64,000 bases of DNA from Bugula neritina. Its lineage: Eukaryota > Animalia > Bryozoa. The stretch lies in NCBI GenBank assembly GCA_964035545.1, contig OZ037765.1, positions 26,039,504 through 26,103,503 on the forward strand. The letters run 5' to 3'. Below, one piece after another: positions 21,701 to 32,500 of the stretch (position 1 is the first letter of the stretch; every line of letters begins with the position of its first letter). A model generated the notes under the pieces. The model saw nothing but the letters and a program-made list of their open reading frames with translations. It did no database searches and was not told the origin of the DNA. Position numbers and translations under genes: made by a program.

Positions 21701-23822
21701 AAGTGTTGGTCAGCGAGCTCCACGTCTAAACTACCGACAGCTTGTGAACCTGAAGCATAAGACTTATTCCAATAGATTAGCAGCAAATTAACCATCACAA
21801 GACATTTGTAAGCGGCTTGTGGATATATCTTATATCTCGCAATCGCAAATATTAGCACAATTATCCAATGGGTAAGAATTGTGTAAGTGTACAGCTGAAC
21901 TTTAAAGTGCTAAGAGGCCTCGCAGCACCATCTGTTTTACAAGAATTAATAGCTAAAACTGTTCTAGATAGTTTTCCAGAGTGTTTTGGCTTATTCATAA
22001 TCAAAGCAGCTCCAAGCAAGAGCTCAACATTAATTATTACTCAAATCCAAAGTTTTCCAACAAATAATTAGTTGCCCTCTACCATTATTATGAGAAAATA
22101 TTATTTCAAAGCTTGATATTAACTAATCAGTTTTGGTGTATATACCAATTAGAAGTAACTAGAAAACAACATTAATCACCAGGCTATTTCTTCACAAATG
22201 AAAGCATTATTGGTAACTAAAACTTATTTTAAAATCTACTGCTAATTAATTTAAGAACGTTTCTCATGAATAATTAACAGGAATAAATTCTCAATGGATT
22301 AATGCACAATGATTACATTTCCTCCATTTCACAGCATTCTTAAAGTGCAATTATCAAGTAGACAGTTTAAGATGGCATCTTGAGTTAATTCATTTCAAAA
22401 TACATTTTGTATTATTTAAGAAAAGTCCAATTTTTTAAATGGGGTAAAAATATCAATATATGTGTGCGAGTGTATATAGTATATGTATATAATATATGTA
22501 CATATATATAAATATATAATATTATATGTATGTACCACCTGCCCATATAGTAGAAGGACTGGGTTGACATCTCTCATTGGAAGAATCAACGGAAAGTTTC
22601 GATGGAATGCAATGGTCAACACTACAAACGTGAATGCACCAAATTATGACAATTTTGAGTACATCAAGTAGATAATGGAAAATTAGTAGCTCATGATTGT
22701 TATGAAAATCGTTAGTAGAAATGGTTAAAAAGCAAGAATATAGCCATTAGCAAAGCACTTATATGGCAATATTCATTCGATACCCCTTTGAAATGGGAAA
22801 GCATATTTTGCTGGATGTGAGCTTGTGAGATGGAACAGTGATTGAAAGAGGCTATTACATAATTTATTTTATTTTCATATTCAAGTTTCTCACATTCATA
22901 ATTATCATAAAAACATAACTTCTTTCTAATAAGTAAGCCATTAATATTATACAGACCAGCCCATGGTCTTTACCCTATACTCTCTACTCTATAGGGATTA
23001 GTCATCGCTAAGGGCTATAGCATGAGTGCTGTTCCGATGATTAGCCATTGGTAACATTCCGGGTCTGCTATTTGAGGTTTGTTTGCTTAAATAATCCTCA
23101 CCAGCTAGTTTTTATAGAGGCCGCAAATTTAAGCAGATGCAATTTTTTATACAGGTTAAAATTAGTTTATTCTGTAAGTACTAATTACAAAAAAACATTT
23201 TATATACAGTTTTGCTTGTTTTGTTATTAAATTTAGATGTCACGTCTAAACAACTTTTGATGGTTACAATGTAATTTTATGTATACTTTTTATGTTACCT
23301 ATGCACCACACCACACCAAGATTCTATACCTGTGTTTGCGGTCTGTCATATCAATATCTCTCAATATATTGATAGCAGGGAACTCTTGAGCACAATTAAC
23401 AGAAGGTGGCTTTATGAAAGTCATTGCTTCTTCATTCCCATTAATATATGGTTTGTCAGCTTCTAGTCTAGAATCAATCAAAATTTTAATATGTAGAGGT
23501 TTAAAATAATATATGTTAATGTAAAATAAAATTCAAATATTTAAAGTTAGGTTACCTATATAAAATAATAGTATTGCACGGGCCTAAAGAATAGAATTTC
23601 TGCACACCTAAGTTTAATGCTGTACACATTTTACATAATATAGACATAACTTGTACTATTTTTGTATCAGAATGTCCTCACGGGTAGATATCACACTTAC
23701 CCTGTTTGCGGAACAGATTTGGTGCAGTGTTTGTAACAGATTATGAACAGGGTTAGAACACCAAGACCTCCAAACACACCTACTATCAACACTATTATAG
23801 TTATATAGCGCTGATGAAGCAT
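15734..23822 (-). CDS. CBARP: CBARP/BARP-like calcium channel beta-subunit-associated regulatory protein, 11 coding exons, about 648 aa
   Basis: Phase-consistent GT-AG exons 23822-23701, 23467-23330, 22621-22539, 21749-21665, 20569-20412, 19938-19824, 19515-19363, 18383-18283, 17706-17546, 17120-16973, 16416-15734 (1947 nt, open). N-terminal TM helix (YITIIVLIVGVFGGLGVLTLFIICY), low-complexity tail, motifs IWKLRASLQ and RDYSIDEKTDAVFREFMRYDP resembling recalled vertebrate CBARP LWSLRASLE and RDYSIDEKTDALFHEFLRHDP. Confidence 0.8.
18674..18883 (-). mobile_element. tRNA-derived SINE, full-length copy
   Basis: A box (TGGTCTAGGGG) and B box (GGTTCGAGCC), non-tRNA body, T-run end; perfect 16-bp TSD TGCATACAAACAAATA (18658-18673 and 18884-18899); three more copies in window. 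Confidence 0.9.
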
Positions 23823-24869
23823 GTCAACTTGTCTTCCTGCAACCAAAAGAACTGATCCTACTCAATCAGCATAAAATTTGAAATTATCTTGGAGATCTTT
23901 AGTAAATTGAACAAATTAAATTCATATATATTTATATTTGATTTTGCAAGCGCTTACCTCATCAAAGTCTTTCAATAAAATTATTTTCCCTAATGAACTG
24001 ATAGTATCTCTAGAGCTACCCTGTTGGGATCAACAAGCACTGCTAGTCATTCTATCCAATCACCAATTTGATATAAAGAATAAAAATATTAAAATACGTC
24101 TTGCATTCTGCATGCCAAATGAAATGTTATCACAATTGCATGTGGTATATATACACAGTGGCAAAGGCTTTATCAATCGATACCTTATTTGAATAATTTC
24201 ACTATAAATACATCTAAAACTGCATATAAAACATCCCAGTGTGGCAAGCTATACCACTGAACGTATATATTGATCAGTTAATGTGGCATTACGTTAATGC
24301 CACTGATTGTTCCCCACGAGCATTAATGCTCCTCGTTGAAATGACCTTCCATGCTATAATTATTGCTTACAAATGTATATAACTTCAAAAGATAATGATT
24401 AATTGCAAACAGTTTAATTAAGTATTTAAAATAATGTTTTGGGTGCTAATTTGGAAATTTAAATAATAATGCAAGGTGAATAATAAACTAGTTCAATGGT
24501 AAGGATAAACCATTAGCCAAGCTAACAACATAATAGTATGTGTAATAGACTTCTCATTTATCACTAAGCGTTTTTGAATGTAATAGGAAAGCTGTCTACA
24601 TGTTTGAGAAAAACTGAAATCAAATTTAATTTTGAAATATTTTATTATCAAATAATTTACAATTCTGTAGCAGTACATTACTTTGACTCAGTTGTGTATA
24701 AAACATTTTTTACCAATCCAAGCAACAAGCCAAACAAACAGAAACACTTCAATAGTAACAGGCACCAAATAAATGTAGTACCAAAAGCCCCACTGCTCAA
24801 CATCAGTCCACATATCAGTACTATTATTTAGTGGCACAGTGAAGTTTAAAGTAGAATTAGTTAATGTGT

Positions 24870-25286
24870 CTAACTATCAGCTTGGTCCATAGGCTCACTA
24901 TCTGAGTCCTCTGAAAGAGGTAAACTCTCAGCAATAATACGTAATAAACTTTCAGTTTGCTCCTCTGTTAATCTTTCTTCACTTTCTTCTACAAGAAGCT
25001 GTATTTCAACAGCTGTCGTGGGTCTATGATTGAGCAGTTGCAGCTTTTCTGCCTTAGTAAGATTAAAAGGTTGCAATTGTTTTACAAAATGTTCTATGAC
25101 TTTTGAGTCTTGAGTTTTACAGGGTGTTTTTTCTAAATACTTTGCTGTTTCGTAGCAGATAGTGGCTAAATTCTGCTGCTGAAGAGTGGGTGTTTTGTAG
25201 CCACTTCTTCCAGCCTGAATGTCTTCCAGGAGACTAAGAACTTCGTAGTTACTTAGCAAAGCGGCACATTCATTAACAACGTCCAT
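24870..25286 (-). CDS. CRCP: RNA polymerase III subunit RPC9 / CGRP receptor component protein, 138 aa, single coding exon
   Basis: MDVVNECAALLSNYEVLSLL...QQNLATICYETAKYLEKTPC...LTKAEKLQLLNHRPTTAVEIQLLVEESEERLTEEQ (Rpb4/RPC9 family). Confidence 0.95.
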   Translation of the reverse strand: MDVVNECAALLSNYEVLSLLEDIQAGRSGYKTPTLQQQNLATICYETAKYLEKTPCKTQDSKVIEHFVKQLQPFNLTKAEKLQLLNHRPTTAVEIQLLVEESEERLTEEQTESLLRIIAESLPLSEDSDSEPMDQADS

Positions 25287-26569
25287 ACCACTTTTCAATA
25301 GATGGCAAGGAAGCTTGAAGACCAGCTGCAATCACGAATCCCCAAGACACAGCGACTATCACAAAGCAGACCTACAATTAATACATGCATGTGAATGTCA
25401 TAGCTGGGCAATACTCGCCATATAAACTATAAAAATGGTTATCACCCACCAAAACGTATAGATGGCATTTAATATGTAGAATAAAATATTACAGTGACTA
25501 TTTCATCTACAAATGTGATAACAAGGAAAAGATACACGGCTCAATTGCAGTTGTGAACTCTTATTAAAGTTTTAATATTTCCGAGAAAACAATTCCACAA
25601 TCTACCTTTATTTTATTACACATTTGCTAGGATAAAATGGTGAGTAAATTAGAAGACAACTCAGAACGGTTTTAGAATCAAATTATGAAAATAACAATGG
25701 AACGAAAGTTTATAATACAAGGCTAGCTCGCACCATTAGAATGAAATGCTAAGCAAGTGGAACTTGAAAATTGCATTGGATAGCTGTTATGGCTGTTGAT
25801 GAACAGCACTGGCAGCCCGTGGTATTAATTAATGATTAAAACAGGCACCTAGACCAAAAGGCATAATGCACAATAAATGAGGGGAATTTAATATAGCCAT
25901 AGTATTTGCCGTAAAATCTTCGCAATTGACTAGAGAACCAACTTTAGAGATTATATTATAATTTTCCACCTAATCAAAAATAAAGTCCAAAATTAAGTAC
26001 AAATTAATAGAAATTAATACAATATTTTCAGCATACTAAAGAATTGATTTGTGTTTTTAATGCATTGTTGAGATATGCTTAAACTTCAAAAGCATATTCA
26101 TACTCTAACAGTCTGTGGTGAGAGATTAGTATTTCACTGAGTTGGTATTAACCCAACATAACTACACAGCATATGTCAATGTGGTGCTTCATTTGACTCT
26201 AATTAATTACATGTAATAACTTAAGTAAGGTTATACTAAAGGTGTACTATTTACATCTTAATGGTTTTTCTTTTCACTTCTAGCTTCTGTTGGTTCAAGT
26301 TAAAAATAAGTTGAAGGCAAAAGGCAACCTGTGAATTCAACCTATAATCAGCTGCTGCAAAACATTACCAGTCTTCAATATTACTATTGATAACTGGTTT
26401 TTACTATAACCTGCTTGAATTAGGGCTTATTTAGGTTTAAAATCTATCTTAATCATAATGGCTAGTCCATCTTTATCTAAGCCTAGTTTTGGTAGTAATA
26501 CAGTAAACATAGTACTAGTAGATCTACAGCTACTCCTAGGTTGAACTTGAAGCTGATGGCATGAGATTC

Positions 26570-26700
26570 AGATTTAGCTTACAGTTACACCATCAATATC
26601 ATACTCTATTAGTATGAATATCATTAGCAGTATGAGTATGACTATGAGACCGAGTATGACTATGAGACTGAGTATCAGTATCACTACGACTAGAATAATT
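26570..26700. repeat. 6-bp periodic (AST-NNN)n tract in CRCP 5' intron
   Basis: AGTATG AGTATG ACTATG ... AGTATG ACTATG AG ACTG AGTATC AGTATC ACTACG ACTAG. Confidence 0.8.
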
Positions 26701-26989
26701 TGAATAACATAAAATTAAATAATCAATCACAATGTGAGCTCTAATTCAATAGGCAAAGTCAAATAACAATGTGAATGCTTGGCATTAATAATATCATTAT
26801 GCTAATTCATTAAATAATTTATCAAGTTGAATTTAAAATAAAAATTAAATCAAAATGAGGTGAATGAATATAAATAATATTTATATTAATATTATAATTA
26901 TTATTATTATTATACATTCATTTTCAAATTGAAATTGTAATTTTAATTTATACTTTGTACCGTGCTTTCTATGAGTTCAACAATCTTCT

Positions 26990-27420
26990 TACTTAGAGTG
27001 ACCATCGTACAAAAGCAGACATCGCTGTGTAGACAAAATTAATTTTACATATAAACGTATAATTTTATTTTTTAAACGTTATAATTAATAACGTCTAACA
27101 CTAATGTAAGCTTGTATTTACACTTAGTTCTATAAAAAGTGCATTAGCGTCACTGGTGGTTATAACATAAGGACTGCAGCAAATCGGTTGACATATTGGC
27201 GGCGACAACTCTTCGTAAAGCAACTCGTTTAGAAGTGGCCTAAATTATATGTAGTTATCTTCCTTCTCTAAACGAAAACGCTGCCTTTGCATAAACAGCG
27301 AGTCAAATCCCATCACGTGTATGCAAAACCGCGTCTTTTATTGTTGCTATGAAAATGATCTGTGGGAAGGCGACTACCAAAGAAACATAAAATTTGAATT
27401 CTGTTTTTTACAGGTTACCC
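26990..27420. promoter_or_regulatory. Bidirectional promoter CRCP/IQCB1
   Basis: CpG-richer segment between divergent genes; - strand donor CTAA|GTAAGA at about 26992; ATTGG (CCAAT) about 27195, CACGTG 27314, X-box-like GTTGCTATGAAAAT 27343-27356. Confidence 0.55.
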
Positions 27421-28027
27421 CAATTTCAGTATTAGAACTAAGTAAATTTTAAACTGTTGTAACATGTTTAGTATAAATTATATTACTTATTAAATTGTCA
27501 TTTTAAAGTTATCATAATTGTTTCACTATTTTAAAATTCAATATTATCACTATGATTTATTCATTTGATTATATTTATTGATAATGATTCTTACCTATTC
27601 TCACCTATCTCCACTTTGTCCTGTTCGGGTAGCGAGATCATGATTTATTGCTTATCATTATGATAAGGACAAATTCATTATTACTATGATTAACATTTAA
27701 GTCAATAACTCTAAGTATAGGTGCATTAGTATTACTATTATTATTAAGTATTATATGTGTCACTGTTCAAAATTATGTTTGAACTTTACAGTTAAGTTTA
27801 TTCTATTGCTCAATGCCAAAATAAATATTAATAATAGTAATACTGATACATTACATGTGTATAGACTATAGTTTTAAAGAATTGTAATGTGATTTCTCAT
27901 ACTCATTTAGTTTTACACTGACAGTGACATTGATACTCACATCCCTAATATAGTTTTTCTCACCTTTCTCCACCATGTGTGGTAAAATTGTAGCATGTGC
28001 TTTTATTCTTTTTGATTTATGTCCTCC

Positions 28028-28298
28028 TGTTGTTGTCCGAGGTCGGCACTTCGGCTTTCCAAAATGCCGATAGTCGGCATCTCGGGCTGCCGAAGTACCG
28101 AGATGCCGAAATTCGGCGTTTCGGATTTCCGATCTCGGCAACAAAGGAAATCCTTACCTTTTGCTTGTATATAAAGGCCAGCGAGTTCCAGTGTAGGCAG
28201 TCTACTACTGGAGCTCGCTGTCAGAGGACCTGATTTATACCGAATGAATAAAGATTGTTATCAACTATACTACCTTCCACATCTCGTTCTCTCTTACA
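28028..28298 (+). mobile_element. Probable solo LTR
   Basis: Begins TGT, ends TTACA; CpG-rich TCGG/CCGA repeats, TATATAAA (28168), hairpin (28179-28220), AATAAA (28247) in U3-R-U5 order. No TSD found, so boundaries are uncertain. Confidence 0.6.
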
Positions 28299-29529
28299 AA
28301 GAGCATGTTCAGGCACTAGTTACATTCAACCCACAAAAATATCACACATGTGCTGATTGGGTGGCGGTGTCCTGATGTAGTTGTTGGGCATAATTATTAA
28401 AATAAAACGGTAATTTGAACATTGACATACTCACCTAGTAAAATTTTTACTTTGTAAAACTTAGAATGCTCTGGTAACACTTAGCAGTACAAAATTGATG
28501 AGTGCTTCTTGTCTTGTTCTTGTTTGAGTTTACTATATGCTAGATTAAATCTATTCTATCGTGTAGCTAAATCAAGTTTTGAGTTTCTGTTGTAATTATA
28601 TAATTTCAGCACATAGGTAAGCTGATTTTGTGTTGATATCCTCAAATGTAAAATGTTTCCATGGAAAAACTATTGTGAAAAGTTTCTGGGGATGCAGAGA
28701 TAGAAGTTCGTTCTTTTCTCTTAGTAGATCAGGCGTTGATTAATCAATTTTAATTTAGTATTTCATCATAAGCAGATGAAAGCGTTTCATGGCATTCTTT
28801 ATTCAAGAGCATTTTTGTAAAAATAATTGCCCCCCACTGGGAATCTAACTGCAAGTTTTCCAACTTGCAAGCCATCGTGCTACCCATTACGTTGTTTTGA
28901 CACTGGGGAATCACAACACCACATTCTATCATGTTTTCCAGAAATGGTTCTCTACCACTCTGTCTGTTCACCAGCCCCTCAACTTTCTAGGAGTAGTCCC
29001 ACAATGCTGAAAGCCAAATAACTTGTAAAATTTGCTGCCCCCAACCTCAGACCTTTACCTTGCAAGTCAGCGTGGTACCCTATGGTACACTATGAAAAAA
29101 TCTAAACACAACATTAGCAAGGCTAGTCAATCAGATAAATCTAGTTGTGGCTACCTTCTGTGCTGGGAATTTCTGTCACTGTCACAACTATAGCTCTACT
29201 AACTGAACACTGGAAATTGGGGTCACTCAGATTTCATTAGTGTTAGACCAGTGAAATGTCACACACTGTAATTAATTTATATAGTAGCAGTTAGATTAGT
29301 CTAACGCTAGTAATAACTGTGGCAAATACTGTCGTTTTAATTCACTTGTCTTCAGTCATGACTCCACAGGGAAAGAGTTTGGCTTATATTTAAAAGTTTT
29401 ACTTCAGTAGATGTGACACGCTGTACTATGCAGGATTTAAATGCTTTGAAATAACAAAATATTGCTGTGTTGAATAGTTTCTATCATTTTTTTTAAATAT
29501 TCAGGTGAATTGGGAAAAGTTGTGAAGCA

Positions 29530-32500
29530 ATGGAAAATTCAGAAGATCTAGAACAAAATCTTTTACGTCTAGCTGCTGAAATTGCTGAAGCAAATGATAT
29601 ACAAGTGCCTATTAGACTCTTGGAAGTGAGAGGTAGGTTGTGGTAAGAATACCATTTTACAGGCGAATGTGAAGTAGTAATTTATGTCTCATTGCGTTAC
29701 AATATCTATAAACGACATCTAGATTCTAGAAGATATATAATCATTGATATGATTAACAAGTATACTGAGCATGCCTACAAGTAAAGAATGACTACTGATT
29801 TATTTTGCAGATGCTTTTAATAACCTTCCACCTGGTCCCAAGCAAACACAGTTTAAGAAAGCTATCTGGGAGTATGAACTCATTCAAGTGCTTGTTCTTG
29901 TTTTAAGGCAAAACTTTGAACTTATAAATGGGCAATGGAAAACAGCAGCAGAACTGGCCACATTTGCCGGGTAATTACTACGCAGTGTGTTTGGACTTGC
30001 AGTTTTATGGTTTACATTATGTGGTTTTTAGTTTTTCAGTGCAATTAGTTTTTGAGCAACCTTACAGACGTTGTGTTTTAAAGTCACTCTGTTTTGTTTC
30101 CAAAATTGCTAATGCTGATGTTATCACCGTCGTAGCTACCAGACCTTGCCCCTTGGTAAAATAAAATATTATTATCATATTCATCTTCCAAAACATTTGT
30201 TTGTAGTAACATTTTTATTGGACTTGATCCACCGGAGTCACAAGAGTATTATGGAATTATCTTACCAAATGCAAGTGAGAATATTCTTATGCTGAGCCGA
30301 AAACTACAAGTTGCATACATTGAGCAGGTAACATGACAAAATGTAAACTCTTCTGAACATTTCTTGCTACATTTACTTATGTTCATTTAGAAGAAATAAC
30401 CTTTATGATATAATAGTATGCACTGACTTCATTAACTTGTTTCAAATGTCATATCATTTCAATATATATTGCACTAAAATAAGGTTTATCATGGTCATGA
30501 ACAAATAAACTATTCATTGCAAAAAATCATTACTAATTACCAAGTAGATTATAAATTATTTGGCTAAGTAAGCTGGCCATTGAAATTAAATTATGCAGTA
30601 GCAAAATTAGCTCAATAAATTAAAATTAATATTGATGACTTGATATTGCTACAATTTTAATACAGCTTAGATAGTTGAGCTCTGGTCTAATAAATATTGT
30701 TAGTAATACTTTACTGTATAATGCAGTTTTAGTTTTTGTTGCTTTAAGTTTTTTTTATAAATATAATTTGCTTTACCTGAAAAGGGTGTATGAACACCTG
30801 AGCATTTGAAGCAGGTGATGATTTTTGATAGCATACACTGTTTAATGGGTTATTTATTGATTCGTAATAAAATTATTGTAATACTACATATTGCTTAGTT
30901 TAAAAAACTAGAATTTGAAAATCTGAAAGATTCAATTGCTATGATAAAAACTTTCAGTCAACTTGAATCTAGAATTGCTGCTATGTCCATGTCATTTGCA
31001 TGGGTCAGGAGCAGATTAAATAACTTTTTATGGACAGACAACTTCCCATATTTATATATATTGGTATACAAAAACTTCAGCGTCTACCTTTTGTCATCTG
31101 ATGAGTGTTGGATATTATAGAGATAACAAAGTTATCTTTATGAATCTTAAAAAGTCCTTGGTTTGTGTTGCAGTGCCTATATTGCCATAGAGCCTTGTCA
31201 TTAATATTTTTCCTTCTGCTATGTTTGTTCCTTTCACTTTTGACTAAATATAACAAACAAGAAAAAGTAGTAGATTGGTCATATTTTTATAGCCATGTCT
31301 ATTTTTATGATCATAATCAACTGAAGTCATAATGTTTTTGTTAATTCTAAAATAACTTATACATCTTTTGAAGAGTTATTAAAGGCATACATTGCAAGCA
31401 GACTTTGTTTTTCTTGGCTGTGTTACCAACAGTAGGTTTTTAAAAATGATTTCTTACAAATGTCAATCATTTTCAAATTTAAAAAAGTGATATAATCTGT
31501 TTAATTTATAATAGTAGTAAGAAGTACTTTTTGTGTAAATTTATAGTTTCATTATTACGGACTAATAATTAGTAAGTTCAATTGTTGATATGCATTAGAT
31601 TGACTTGACTATATACTTCCATTGCTTATGTTTCTTCTACGAATAACATTGACTTTTGTTTCTACATTTCTGAAAATCTTCATTTGAGAATGGAAACCAA
31701 TTGCCTAGTTCAAATATCTTAATTTTCGTACTTTTACCACTTCATTCTCTCTCTAAAGATAATTTTTTTTGTTATTTTAGAAAGATGAAACATTGAAAAC
31801 TGAGACTTTAGATCATTTTCGAACTACATTGGAAGCGTTGAACACTCTGTTTAGCGGACACGTGTTTCTGACAAATACCGGTATAATTATGTGTATATAC
31901 ATGTGTGTTATAAGTAAATAACTAAAAGCTATAATTATATTACAATATCATATTAACAAATGATCTGCACTTGAATGGTCTATATTGTAACATAGTGATT
32001 TCAACTTTTCACAGCTCTCAGGTCTCAGTGGCTGTTACAAATGTTGATTGCTGACGATGCCGATACCGCTCTTTCTGTTCTGAATCTCATACAATATGCT
32101 ATTCGTGTCAACAAGTAAGTGGTCTGTGTGCTCACTCTCACCAGTAGTAGCTCGGGAGGGGGCGAGTGCACTCTTACCAGTAGTAAGCTAGGAGTGAGTA
32201 CTCTGAGGCTAATCAGTCACTCTTAGATATACTGTAATAATGTAATAATTTTTACAGGTGAGTCATTTGTGCTAATCAAAGCGTTTTGCAATACAAAATA
32301 TATGAGAAACTTGTATCTTTCTTTCTCAATTCTAAAGTATCAAACTTGCCAACACATTTATCTGTCATAATCTATAAAAGCAGGAAATTAACTATGGCAT
32401 TTGAATTGAGATAGCAATCATATACTTACGTAAGCACTATTTGTGACTAGAAAAACTTCAATACCTACTATGCATTATAGTTACAATGTGGCATTTTAAT

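Noticed and set aside
23701-25623. Hydrophobic uORF as the signal peptide of CBARP
   Set aside because: No in-frame splice path found: the phase-2 donor at 25288 into exon 24020-23958 hits a stop, and that exon does not join the TM exon in frame.
27866-28233. ORFs of 92 and 78 aa in the GC-rich patch
   Set aside because: Explained by the GC-rich palindromic repeats of the LTR-like element; no protein motif.
32131-32205. Short imperfect direct repeat CACTCT(C/T)ACCAGTAGTA(A)GCT
   Set aside because: Two copies only in an IQCB1 intron; a local duplication with no further structure.
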